Source: Tubulanus polymorphus (taxonomy: Eukaryota > Animalia > Nemertea). From it: a DNA stretch of 64,000 nucleotides. The notes under the pieces were generated by a model. That model searched no databases. It was not told where the DNA came from and saw only the letters and a list, made by a program, of their open reading frames with translations. Shown here in pieces: positions 11,465 through 23,950 of the stretch. The position numbers and the translations under genes are program-made. Location: the NCBI RefSeq assembly GCF_964204645.1, contig NC_134030.1, positions 17,506,210 to 17,570,209 on the forward strand, in the 5' to 3' direction. Every line of letters begins with the position of its first letter. The stretch's first letter is position 1.

Positions 11465-12783
11465 CGGTATGACTGCAGTTTAGGTGTCCTAGAGGAGCAT
11501 GTTTATTAGTTTAAATCATGTTAATGAAGAATGTTGATTTTGGTAACAATATGTAAATAATGTTTAATTGAATTGAATTCATTTTTATTAGTAGCGCCAC
11601 CAAATCGTTGTACTGAGTTATATTATACCTTGACTTAGTGTAATCGACTGTGATAGCGTTGTACCTTGTATATGTACTGTGTGTTATAGTAGACTTTGAT
11701 TATTGTGCAGACAGCGTGGACATCGTCAGCGTGGTACCTTACTATGCCTTTTAGTATAGACTATGATTCTAGTGTAGACAGCGTGGACATCGTCAGCGTG
11801 GTAGGCCTACCTTACTATGCCTTATATAGTATAGACTTTGATTCTAGTGTAGACAGCGTGGACATCGTCAGCGTGGTACCTTACTATGTCTAATAGTATA
11901 GAATGTGATTTTAGTGTAGACAGCGTGGACATCGTCAACGTGGTACCTAACTATGCCTTAGTAGACTTTGATTTTAGCGTGGACATCGTCAGGGTGTAAC
12001 TTACGTACTGTGTAAAGTCCACTTTGATTTTAGTGAATGAGTGATATTTTTGGTGTTATGATATTTACAGTGTAGAGATCGTGGACAGCGTGATATAACT
12101 AAGCATTAGACCAAACATTTTAAATTAACTTGACATTGACCAGTGGCCCGTTAAAATAAAATCCTCACTCCTATTATGCCTAAACCTCACCCTAACCCTA
12201 ATCCTTGATCAAACCAACTATCTAAACATGACTGAATCCTTAAACATAAAATATTAGCGATTTGTGAGTTTCATTATTCCAAAAAGTAGGTCTTATGTTC
12301 ATTATGCCTAAATCTAAACCTAACAATAACCCTTTTCCTTACACGATATGTGGACCTAACTAAAACCTCAAACATAAGATATTCGACGCATGCTAGTAAA
12401 CTACGCAATTTGGAAAGATCCCACAGTCGTATTGCTGAACCTAACCCTAACCCTAATCCATGATCTAACCTAAGAATAAAGCGTATTAATTGAGGATACG
12501 ATGCTCTTTCCTCCTTCGAATATGAATTATACTGCCCGTTCGATTATGGGGGTGTTGTACGTATATATATATATCATATTTCAGATTTGAAAGTGTGATC
12601 AATAAAGTGAAATTGAATTGAAAATATGAAGTTTGTTTAATATAAACAAATTGGATTGAATTGAAAATTTTGAGTTTGTTCAAGAAAATCTAATTCAATT
12701 GAATTGAAAATTTGTAATTAGTATTAATTTTGGAACTACTTGCACCACGTAGTGGAAGGGTGACCCAAACTGCAGTTAGACCG
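11465..12783. mobile_element. Non-autonomous TIR element with internal tandem repeats and cctaaccc motifs
   Basis: Ends cggtatgactgcagttt and aaactgcagttagaccg are inverted repeats. Confidence 0.55.
11688..12000. repeat. ~55-65-bp tandem repeat (about 5 copies)
   Basis: Recurrent 'gtagacagcgtggacatcgtcagcgtggtaccttactatg'. Confidence 0.85.
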
Positions 12784-13974
12784 TAGGCCTAGAGGGTAAT
12801 GCCTCTAAGGTTATTTTTGGTCTAGGGATGGATCCAAATGTTTCACCATGCCTGAGCGGTTTCTGAGTCGTGCTGAACTGGAAGGGCAACTATATCATAG
12901 CACAAAACGGGGGACATGGGGGCACTCCCCCAGAAAATTTTGATTTTTCAAGGCTCTGAGATGCAATCTTTAAGCATATTTGGGGCATAAAGTCTATCCC
13001 CACCAGCTACTATGCGTTTGGACTTGTTCCTGTCAACTAATCCATCACACTCGATAGTCAAAGGATTTTTTTTTAAACCGCATCATTTTGTGCAGAAGGG
13101 CCTGACCAGAAACAGAATTTGTTTTTTTGGCCTAAATATCTTTAATTTACTGTATAAATATTCTAGTCAATTTAGTGAATGCGGAATTGTGTTTGAACAG
13201 AAAGCGATTCTGATTAGGGGGGAGGGGGCGTGGGTTCATAACACAGAATGAGACTTGTTTTATATCTAGAGTTTATCAGGTAAAAACCTTACATCCTTTT
13301 ATATCTAAACAACAAAAAGTCCAAAAAGTAAAACTCTTAAACTTTTGCATCACAAGGGCGAAATTGATAATGTATGAGTTTACATAATCGTTGGTGGTAA
13401 ACTTAGATCTCAGCATTTCAGAGTTAATGATGATTTTAACGAGATTTTCTGACATCAGTGATAGATATCTTTATCGTGTAATATATAATACATGTAGTTC
13501 ATTCACTTGCAATTATTATTTTAAACGGTACCCAGCCCTCTTATTACGTCACTACAGAATTATGGAGTAACTACACAATACAAGGAAGGTTAGGCGCTTG
13601 ATGTATTTTATACCAGGTCTCCGACACAAAACGACATAAATTTATCATTCTTCAAGTCATAATTTCTAAGCGCATTGTCGGTTAGTTTGGTCGGCTGTCG
13701 CAAAAAGAATATATCTTTGTTAGTCATACAGCGATTATTTAACAGTAAAGACAATTTCTGATTCCACGCTGAACAGGGTCCATTGTTTCTATTTTGATAT
13801 TTCTAAATCGACCGACGATTCCAATATTTAGGGATAGTTACTGCGCCAGCAACAGCAGTTGACAATGGATAGTCAACTTGTTTATAGATGTATTACAAAC
13901 AATTAGGTCAGGAAAAATGTGCTGCACTTAAATTGAGATGAAATGACTGAAGAATTCTAAATTTTGTTTTTCAG

Positions 13975-14070
13975 TAAGCGGTACTATGGCGGAGAGTAAT
14001 CCAGGAATAAATGCAGAAAATGTTCGCGATGACGAGGAGCAAACCGTCGATAGACCTGTTGAGAATCTGG
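13975..14070 (+). CDS. NLR N-terminal cassette exon A (96 nt, phase 1-1): MAESNPGINAENVRDDEEQTVDRPVENL
   Basis: tttttcag acceptor and G|gtaattat donor. Paralogous to exons B-D. Confidence 0.7.
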
Positions 14071-14454
14071 GTAATTATAGATTTTAATCATCAAGAGTTC
14101 AGTTCAGTACAGAATGATGTGACTCGAGTCCAAATGTGATCTCGCATATAAAACCCGTGTAATGTTTTGAGACGTCTGACTGATTCACACATTTATGCCT
14201 GGCTTTAACAAAGCAGCTTCCCTTCCTGCGTAATGAATGTCAATGAAATCAACTTTTGGAATCATTTATTTTTATTTAAAATTATTTTATTAAAATCCAT
14301 GAAAGAAACTGATTCTAATTACATTCATTCCAATGTAAGACTGCCGAGTATGCGCCCCTTCCTCCGGCAGGTTAAAACAGTATTCAGTGATTTAGAAGAT
14401 ACAAGTCTTCTCGTTGCAACATCTAACATAAGTTAGTCTTTTGCTGACACAGTT

Positions 14455-14630
14455 GTGAACTGTCTGACAGCTAGGGAACTCTCTGATAGCTGGTGAACTT
14501 TCTGACAGCTAGTGAACTGACAGCTAGCTAGTGAACTTTCTGACAGCTCGTGAACTGACAGCTAGCTAGTGAACTGTCTGACAGCTAGTGAACTGTTCGA
14601 CAGCTAGCCAGTGTGCTGTCTGACAGCTAA
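14455..14630. repeat. Short tandem repeat (ctgacagctagtgaact-like)
   Basis: About 8 degenerate copies are visible. Confidence 0.75.
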
Positions 14631-14683
14631 TGCGCTGCACTTATCGAGATAGAATGACTGAATTCTAAACTTATATTTTTCAG

Positions 14684-14839
14684 TACACGGTACCATGGCG
14701 GAGTGTAATCCAGGAATAGATGCAGAAAATTCTGAAATTGATCAAATCAGTTCAACGAATAAAACAAAGTATATTAAAACCACACATGAATATCACTACC
14801 GTGGAGAGCAAGCCATCAACAGACCTGCTGAGAATCTCG
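14684..14839 (+). CDS. NLR cassette exon B (156 nt, phase 1-1): MAECNPGIDAENSEIDQISSTNKTKYIKTTHEYHYRGEQAINRPAENL
   Basis: Same acceptor, donor and flanking codons as exons A, C and D. Confidence 0.75.
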
Positions 14840-17079
14840 GTAATTATGAATCCAGAAATGAACGCACCCACCCGATTGTTCTTAAATCTTATTTCAATAT
14901 ATTCTGTCCGCCAGGTAGCGTAAGATTGTCAAGCCCAGTTGGGATTTTAGTCCCAGTTGACTGTTGGCCTTGTTGACCTTGTTGACCTTGGATCTTTAGA
15001 GGTCTCTGCAGGTCTTTACCCCGGTTCTTAAACCCCTGTTTGGCTCGGCGTTTGGGAATTTACTCGTCGTTCTCAGGGTGACTTATACCCTAGTTAACTT
15101 TGTCTGTGGGTTTTTGCCCCAGGTTGAACTTGCACTGTGGTAGTCTACCATCAAGAAGCAGCTGCTTGATTGTTTAGACCTGTGCTTGGATATCTATCGC
15201 TTACATACACAACTCCCGTTCTCTCATGACCTTGTTAGTTTAGGGAAGAGAGGTTTGTTGTTAAGCCTATAACCTTGTTGGAAATTAATCTAGACGTTGT
15301 TGATGAGTTTTGGAAGAAGGAGAGAGGGATGAGAAAGGGAAAAAGGGATAGATAGTCGCCTGATCTGATCATCTGGGTCCCTGCATATCGGAATGCGAAA
15401 GTCATTTCCTCCCAATACTCTATAGTGGACGAGTATACATAGGGGGAGTTGATGTCACTGGGGAAACAGATACATTCTTGCGCACCTTACAAATTTGCTT
15501 ATGTTCCATTCTAATGAAATACATCTTGCCTTTTTCCAAACATTTTGCCCATGAACTTTCTTCGTGTTTTATGCTTTATTTTTTATTGGTGTCTTTTCCA
15601 ATTCTTTCTTAATCAACCGATGTCTATCCCTACCTTTTTTAGTTTACCCTTGTCAGCGATATGAAGTTGGCATTGAGCCAATTTCATGTAAATTGCGGAA
15701 CGTTTTTTTATGTGAGCATTTGTTTCATTGGTTCTCGGGTTAAACGACGTATAATCGATGCGCTTGAAGACATGACGAACCTCTGTCGGATGTACATGGT
15801 CAACTTTGTTAAAATTCTACGATAAACTGTTTTTGTCGGGAAAATTCTTAGCTCTCATGTATAAAATTGCAATGACCTCGATGGGGGGGGGGGGCGTTGT
15901 CTCTACGAGTGAATGTGATTGGCTGTTTTTGGGATATACGGGGAATTCCGGCGCTAATAAAATAATTATGGGAAAGCCATAGAATGGCGAACGTTTCATT
16001 GGACTAGGTGCCGTATACGTGCAAATTTCAAATGCTCATTGCTGATGAGAATGTAATTATTATCCGCCATAGGTATTGTTTCATTTTGATACCCAGTGAT
16101 TGATTTGATTGACACTGAAGTGTAAGCGAACATTCACTTACACAATGCCTCCACATGCGCGCGGAGTGCTATAGTCTGTTGCATACACAAACACACGCTC
16201 GTACAGTATACACTACTATAGTGATATTGGAAACGCTGCTTGCTGGCGCGTCTGACATTTCATCAACAGAAGATGAGCGCTATGTTTTCTGTTTGATATA
16301 ATTTATAATAAATTGTAATTTCTTGTGACCTGAAAATATTAGGCAGCAAACTACAAGTATAGGTCGAGGTCTGAATATTGTAGAAGTAAATTCCAGGATT
16401 TAAAACGATCTAATACGCCAATTTCTTACTGCGTCGGTTTAGATTCCGCGGTCATACATTGGAAGAGGTTTCCAAGACTAAATATTCAGCCACCCTCTGA
16501 TATGTGACATCATATGAATCTTATTTGAATATTTTTTCATATTGTGAAAAATATTTCTTTGAAAATATAAAATAGTTTCCCTGCCGCGCCTACCTGTACC
16601 CTACGAAATTTTGGACATGGACCAAACAAATGTATATTTTTGGTCTTATTTGACTACAAAATAATTCTTTGAGAAAGATGAAATACAATATAGAACTTTG
16701 AAGTCACGAAGTAAAAAGATTTTTCAAGCAATGCCCTTAACCTCAAACAACCTCTAGCTTTCAAGGTAAACCACACTTTGCCCATGGGCAATTTATTAGA
16801 TTGCTCCATTTTTCCATTGGCCGTTCCGTTAATATCAGTTGTCTTACCGTCGAAAAAGCAGAACCCTTCCAGAACCCTTCCAGAACCCTTCTAATCTATT
16901 TGGGCCTTTACATCGCAGAGCAATGAAATTTCAGGCAAATTAACCTGAAATTATCGATAAGGCAATCATAAAAATGTTAATCTAATACAGATGTGACTGG
17001 ACACATGAAAACAATTCGGTCAGAAAAATGTCTGCACTTGTTGAGATGAAATGACTGAATTCTAATTTCTGTTTTTCAG

Positions 17080-17218
17080 TACATGGAACTATGGGCGGAG
17101 AGTAATCCAGGAATGAATGAAGACAATTCTAAATTGAGTGTAAGCGGTGACAGTAATACGAGGATCATAAGTATCAACGCAGTTACACGAGCCATCAACA
17201 AACCTGGTGAGAATCTCG
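17080..17218 (+). CDS. NLR cassette exon C (139 nt; one extra G after the ATG): MAESNPGMNEDNSKLSVSGDSNTRIISINAVTRAINKPGENL when corrected
   Basis: Same splice signals. ATGGGCGGAG here versus ATGGCGGAG in exons A and B. Confidence 0.7.
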
Positions 17219-18225
17219 GTAATTATAGATCTTAACCATCAGATTAAATTTCATCTTATACAGAAGTGACTTGAGTCCAAATGTGATCTTACAAATATAA
17301 ACCGGTCTAAAGTTTTGAAGCGAAAGAAATACATTGTCTTTAAAGATTCTGAGGACCAAAAAGGACCCACCAACTCGATTGTTTTAAAACTTTGACTAAA
17401 ACTGTCAGGGTCTGGTGATATAATCGGTATTTTGAATTATGGTCTCTTATCAGATCTGGTGACACAGTTTGTTTATCAGTCCAGGGTAAATATAAAAACA
17501 TATAAACAGTTTAGCAGTAAATACTGTTAACAGTAAAATAAGACCGCCGGGTGAAAGTTACCGTAATCAATTACTATCATGTTTCAACCCTAACCCTATA
17601 ATTCAAAATGGGCCTGGGCCCAATTGGCCCGACCGAAAACGTCGGACCAGATCCGGGTCAACTGGTTTCGGTAGTGACTCACTTCGCTTTGTTTATCAAG
17701 TGAGTGGTTAGCCTGTAAATGCCATCTCTTGGGCCAAATACGGGCCAAATTTGACTCGGACCTGTACCGGGCCAATTTATAGTCGTTAGTATCGAGTTGC
17801 ACAATATCAGACATGATTGATATTACGTGGAAGATTGCTACATGTAGGAGTGAACTCATCATGGGTTAGTTGAGTTCAGACATATGATTGACTCTCCAAT
17901 GTAGCAATCCTGTAATGAAATGAAATGTAAGTTAATCAAATTTCTGAACTCATTAATACCGATTTTAATTGTTTTAAGCCCCATGAAAAATATATGATGT
18001 CATTAAATTGAAAGCTTAATTAACATTGTCAGTAGTTCTCATAAATTTTCCTTGGCCATTTTTTCCTACATTCCATTATCCTTTATCAGTAGCGGAAACA
18101 AAGAAAACTTCAGTCTGAATAAGAGTAGAGGCTGATTGTGTAAATACTGGACAAAACAATTAGGTCAGGAAAAATGTCTGCACTTGTTGAGATGAAATGA
18201 CTGAATTCTGAATCCTGTTTTTCAG

Positions 18226-18357
18226 TTCGTGGTACTATGGTAGAGAGTAATCCAGGAATGAATGTAAATGAATCGATGGTTCAAATGGGTGACAACAATA
18301 CGATGAATGTATACCTTGGAGATACACAAACTATCGACAGACCTGCTGAGAATCTCG
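18226..18357 (+). CDS. NLR cassette exon D (132 nt, phase 1-1) with RHIM-like motif: MVESNPGMNVNESMVQMGDNNTMNVYLGDTQTIDRPAENL
   Basis: Same splice signals. VQMGDNNTM closely resembles the RHIM core (I/V)Q(I/V)GxxNx(M/L). Confidence 0.78.
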
Positions 18358-19429
18358 GTAATTATAGATTTCTACCATCAGAACTCGTGCTTGAGTCCAA
18401 ATGTGATCCTAAATCATAAGACTGGTCCGAAGTCTTTGGCCATGTCTCTAAAGATCATTCTAAATCTTTAACTAAAATGATGGAAAATTATTTCAAGACA
18501 TTCTATCCACCAGGTGGCGTATGATTGTTTAAGCCTAGTTGGGACTTTAGTCCCAGTTGGCTGTTGCTTTCACTTTTTGCCCGTTCGTCCGTAGATGGAA
18601 TCCAGTTATTTTGGGAAGTTTCATTGGATTGTTCCTGTTCACGATCAAGATGGCTGACAGGCAGCCATATCGCACATATTTATTGCTATTGGAAGAACTT
18701 GTGACTGACACCTACTCAAAATCTAGTAAACATACGATCAGTTTTTATAGCCACATTTCAGGCATGAATTGCTCGATTGTTCATTTTTCAGTCACGAATT
18801 AATTAGCTCCACATTCTTGCACGCCTTGCAAATTTGCCTCTGTTCCATTCTAATTACATACATCTTGCCTTTTTCCAAACATTTTGCCCATGAACTTTCT
18901 TCGAGTTTTATGCTTTATTAGTAATAGGGTTTTAGTTGTTTAATATCAGAGGTTGAAAGGTGGAGGAAATATTACTAATTTTCAATTGGTTATATTTTCA
19001 TAATATAAGATTAATAAACATTTTGTACTGTGATGAAAATTCCATGTTGATGCGCGGCATAGTTTGCAGTATTTACTGCGGAGCTGTGATGATAGCGCCC
19101 TCGTTTTAGTAAAACGTGAAGCTCACCAAAATCAACAAAGCCGTTTATCTTTAGATTAAGTATAATTTTTGAAAAAGGTGAAAAAGCCGACTTTTTTAAA
19201 AGTGGCTTTTTGGAAATATTTGCCTCGTGTAGATTGAAAATAAAAGATTTTTCCACTCGTGTAGATCGGACCTTGAATGTCTCAGATCGAACTTGTTGCT
19301 AACCCGACCCCACAGAAAGATTCTTTCTGGTGCAAATTTTGCCACCACAATCAATTGCAAAGTTTAAGCTCATGGCATGTTGTATGATTGTGGTGAGTTT
19401 CAGGTTTTTTGGTTTTTGTTCATTTATTG

Positions 19430-19917
19430 TTGTTGCTTTCAATAAAGTAGGGACCGGCAAAATTGTGAAATTTCCTGATATAAAAATGCACGTATAGGGG
19501 ATTCTAGAAAACGTGTTTGGATGTTTGACTCGCAATTACGTTAAAAGCACATAAGACCACATATTGATGGCTATTGATCCTGAAAACTTCAAAAATGTAG
19601 ATTAAAATTTGTAAGAATTACAAATTTTATTATATTTTGAATGAGATGAGCAAAAATTCAAGTTGAATTATCGGGATGAAGACTATATCAATGTTTATAA
19701 CTTCACCAGCGCGCATTGTTGCATTAAATTAAATAAATGAGTGATATCGTAGCAGCTGAGTTCATCGATATTTTACTTTGTTTCTATCTTAATCCAATCC
19801 AGAGATATGATTGAAATAAGAAAATTAAAATGGTGAAAAAATTGGGACAATTCAATTCCACAATGCGGACCCGGTGGGTAGCCAAAAATAGCGCCTGGCA
19901 ACTGTAAAAAGACTTAT
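19430..19917. mobile_element. Copy of one arm of the long-TIR element found at 41826-44024
   Basis: Clear similarity to ~43520-44024 (ctagaaaacgtgttt...gcgcctggcaactgtaaaaagacttat). Confidence 0.8.
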
Positions 19918-20132
19918 CGCGTCTCAACCGACTTACACCCGGCTTAAAATATCTCAAACTGATTTCCTTTTTGTGGTCGGGTTGGTATTTCCTTGGTACC
20001 TAGGCATATTTTGTAACTGCGGTCAATTGTAAAATTTTAGCTCATGACATTTTCAATGATTCTATGATTTTGAGGCATAATCAGCCGCCATAGAAATTCT
20101 GAAAAAAATCTCAAACTGATTTTATTTTGCAG

Positions 20133-22830
20133 ATGTTGATCAAGTTCAGAATTGTCTGAAAGAAACATGTCAACGAATGATCGATGTTGAAAATTACAAA
20201 GAGGTTCCATGGAACGATGAAGTCACCAATTTCAACGACTTCTTCACTCGAGAACACGTGAAAACTCGAGCGCAAAAACGAAACCCGAAGAAAAATGAAA
20301 AAAGTGAGGAGCAGTCATTGATTTTACCCGATGATTTCAGAAAACTTTTTACCTATGGAGCGAGTGATGTGAAACCCATGTGCCTCGTAGGTGAGCCCGG
20401 TATGGGTAAAACCACGCAGATTGTAAAGCAAGTTTCTATTTGGGACAGCTCACCATTTCTAAAAACATTTCCTATGTTATTCTATATACCGTTAAATGAA
20501 CTGCCCGCTGAAAATGCGTGTATTTATACGTACATTTACAAAAATCTTTTGAATCCAGAAATCAGAAAGGTTCTGCCGATTGATAGTTTTAAAGAATTCT
20601 TACCGGAAAATGCAAAAAAGCGATATTTTTCCTAGACGGCTTCGACGAGTTGAAAAGCGAAGGAATACATCGTACACGTGACCAATGAATTACCGAAAGC
20701 GCATATCGTCATAACAACACGTGAGTCCGGGGCAGCAAGATCGTCACTGATCCCAAATTCACAGTTGTATCGATATCCGGCTTCAAAGAGGAAGAAATCA
20801 TCGATATTATGAAGAGAAAATTCCCCGAGCGCGATCCAAAACAGCTATTCTGTGAGCTTGAAGATGCAGCGTCACCTTTATTTAATAGTATCTACTACAA
20901 CCCGCTGATACTACTTATGTTTTGTTTTCTGTATATGGACGAGGAAGAAATTACGATACCATCAAAACTCACCGATATCTACATCGATTTGACATGTTTT
21001 CTGATCAGTAAACGCGAGGGCATCGAGTTGTCGAAGGAATGTTTTTTTGGTGACATCGAAAATTCTGAAGCGCTTAAAGAAATTTGTCAAGTCGCGTATA
21101 AGACGCTCATCGAGCATCAAAACGGCTTCAGCGAAAATCGTCACAAACTCGACGAATCGAGGAGAACGGCTTTGACGTGCAAAGAGGTGTCGCCGCGACA
21201 GAAATCAGACCGCTCCGTCCAGCTACGGTTCATACACAAATCTGTGCACGAATTCCTGGCGGCGGTACACTCGGTCGTGCAATTCAACAACAGTGGTGAA
21301 ATACCCTGGAATAAATGCGCGTTTGAACAACTACAGGACGAACTTGTGAAATATGGTGAATTATACCCGAGATTCATGGCAGGGCTGCTGTATCGTTACA
21401 AGTATAACCGCGGCCTCGGTGAACTTTTCAAGACTTTAATAGATGAACAAGCAGTCACAATAGTGAATAGGCACGAGTCATTGTATACGGTTACTAGGGA
21501 GATGGCGCTCATCCCCGATTACGAATGCTACATCGAGCTCCGATCTGAAAGAACTGTTTTATCTGAACAGTTGTTAATCTGCCTGAATGAAGCCGACTGG
21601 CCGTACGACGCCATTAGTGAAATAGTTCCCTACATGCAGAAAATGTTGTTCGTATCTACATATAGCAGATCGCAGATAAACATGTTCGCAAAAATACTCG
21701 AACACAAACAATGTCAGATCGAGCTAGTTTACATAAAGTATTTTGACAAACTGAAACCCGACGACCGCCGCGTATTAGAAACAGCCATAGCGAGTAACAC
21801 TAGTCTTCACGGTATGATAATACACGGGTCATCAATACCCGATCGGTGCTTGACTATGTGTAAGAAGAGCAAGAGTATAAACTGGTATGTGTGGCGAGGT
21901 AGAATCTTCGACATTGGTGAATGTTACAAGAAACTCGATAATGATTGGATTAAGACAAGTCACGTGATCAGATCTGAAGATGACACGCAGTTGATCAGTG
22001 GTGATACTAACACACACAATACAGTGGAGAGTCTGTTTATTGATACTGAAGTTAGTACGGAACGTTTAGGTAATATTCACAAATCGTATCCATTCTTAAA
22101 ACATCTATATCTCGGATCGTGGGGATATCAGCTCGATGAAAATATAATCAGAGGGCTGATAAACATCATTCCGAGTTTGAAAAGCTTATATCTTAGTGAT
22201 GTAATATTCGATAAGAATTTGATCGGTTCGGAGGGAATAAAAGATTTTAACAACACGTTAAAATCTTCAGACATCGAAACAATTCAGCTCAAAATGCGCG
22301 AACTAACCACAGATCAATGGACAACAGCAATCATTGATAGCGTCGGTTCAATGCCGAAACTAAAACGTCTTATCATTGACGAATTAGATTTACAAATAAA
22401 CCGCGTTGTAGCTCACCTGCCGCGGCTGACTGTACTATCAATACGGTTGCGGTCAGAAGCTGATGGTGACGCACTTGTTCGGTATCTATCATCAGCTGCG
22501 AGAAGTCATTATTTATAGCTATCTCGATAGACCGGAACAGAACAATCGCATCTTACAACAATTAAAACACGTCTCATCAATTCGTTGGTTAGAGTTTTAC
22601 ACTTTACGAGCGCCGTTTAATACACAGCACGATATCAATTTATTCGTCAAATTAATCGTCGAATTAATCAATAATCTTCCGCATCTTTCTGACCTGGATA
22701 TCCTCTGCTACAGCACCGACCCCGATCGACGGAAGGTTACATCACATCAGAACTTAAAAACGTCAATAAAAGACTGAGAGTAAAAATATGGGTTGAAGCA
22801 CCTGCAGATTCATCAGATGAATCTGATTAA
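20133..22830 (+). pseudogene. NACHT-LRR (NLR) main exon with several frameshifts (pseudogene or assembly errors)
   Basis: The phase-1 acceptor at 20132 joins the cassette exons in frame. Walker A GEPGMGKTT; Walker B IFFLDGFDE and IVITTR in shifted frames (20615-20780); NPLILLMFC; FIHKSVHEFLAA; LRR-like repeats (LKHLYL, LKSLYLS, LKRLII, LTVLSI). Further shifts near 22500 and 22740. Confidence 0.9.
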
Positions 22831-23228
22831 TCTGATGTATCATCGCTATCGGAGTTGAGACGCAAATTAAGTAGATTCATCGATTCATAAGATTCAATCA
22901 ACTAACACGCATTTTGTACACAGTCACTTCCTAGAAACAGAACAGAAACTGAACTGATATTAAACCGCAGTTTGTCCTATATGTTCTGAATTTTGGGTTG
23001 TTATGCATGGCATGTTACAGCTTGGCAGCCCACGTGGGTTTGTTCAGTGGACTTCCCTGAACACGAAAATGACCGCTGCCCAATTTTCATTGTTACCGTC
23101 GTTGCCATTGCCATGGCAACCGTAACCAAATTTCCAAAAAGTGACCATATGGGGCTAGATTTTGGAATTCACATTATATATGTGTGAAATCTTATTGTCG
23201 GAAATTGAAGTAAACTTTACACATGGTA

Positions 23229-23673
23229 TCAGATTATCTCGGAAAAAAACTGCATTTGTTGAGATTTATTGCCATGGTGACCGCAAAATCTTTGATTTTC
23301 TCATTTTGTGTGTGTTTTTTCGGCAAATGTAGTTGTTCTATATTTGATTTGCTTCACAGGTTTTAAACAATTTTTTTCTTAAAACATCTCCACATTTGGT
23401 GCATTTTGAATATAACATCGAACATGACTAGTATACCGTAGTTGAGATGGGAGGTAAAATTGATCTAAAGATTTTACCTCCAACTGTAGGATCATTAAAA
23501 CCACACGTCCGAAGGGCGCAACTGCAAACATTGATTTGGACAGCACAAGTATTCAAGCCCGAATTCCATGATCCACAGTTATATTTGCCGAATGAGAAAA
23601 TCAAACATTTTGCGGTAGCCATGGCAATAAATCTCTACAAAATAATGCAGATTTTTTCCGAAATAATCTGATA
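23229..23673. mobile_element. Internally deleted DNA transposon, possibly Academ-like
   Basis: Inverted repeats at 23229-23306 and 23591-23673 enclose a fragment encoding LPPTVGSLKPHVRRAQLQTLIW (LPPT..L..H..RA..Q...W motif). Confidence 0.5.
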
Positions 23674-23756
23674 GTCACTATTTTTTTCTTGCGCGCTGTA
23701 GTCAATTGTTTATATAATTTTGTATTTCGTGTCTATTTTATTGCTAACCAACCACA

Positions 23757-23950
23757 GAATCGGTATGGAGTGAAAGATGTTCCTTTAGAATGGTTTAGGT
23801 CATATTTAGAAAATAGGTATCAGCGTGTAGTGATTGACAGATCGTCGTCTCAAAATGTTAAACTTAAGTGTGGTGTACCCCAGGGGAGTGTACTAGGCCC
23901 TACACTTTTCAGTTTATATCTCGCACCAATCGAAGAAATTATTATTAAAC
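23757..23950 (+). mobile_element. CR1/L2-type LINE reverse transcriptase fragment
   Basis: 'LEWFRSYLENRYQRV...CGVPQGSVLGPTLFSLY'. Confidence 0.88.

Larger units (their letters stand above)
10356..13135. mobile_element. Non-autonomous TIR DNA transposon hosting nested insertions
   Basis: Imperfect terminal inverted repeats: taaggccaaa...ctgtttctggtcag and ctgaccagaaacag...tttggcctaa. Confidence 0.5.

Noticed and set aside
12170-12475. cctaaccctaa motifs as interstitial telomere
   Set aside because: Only scattered 1-2 unit copies inside a TIR element.
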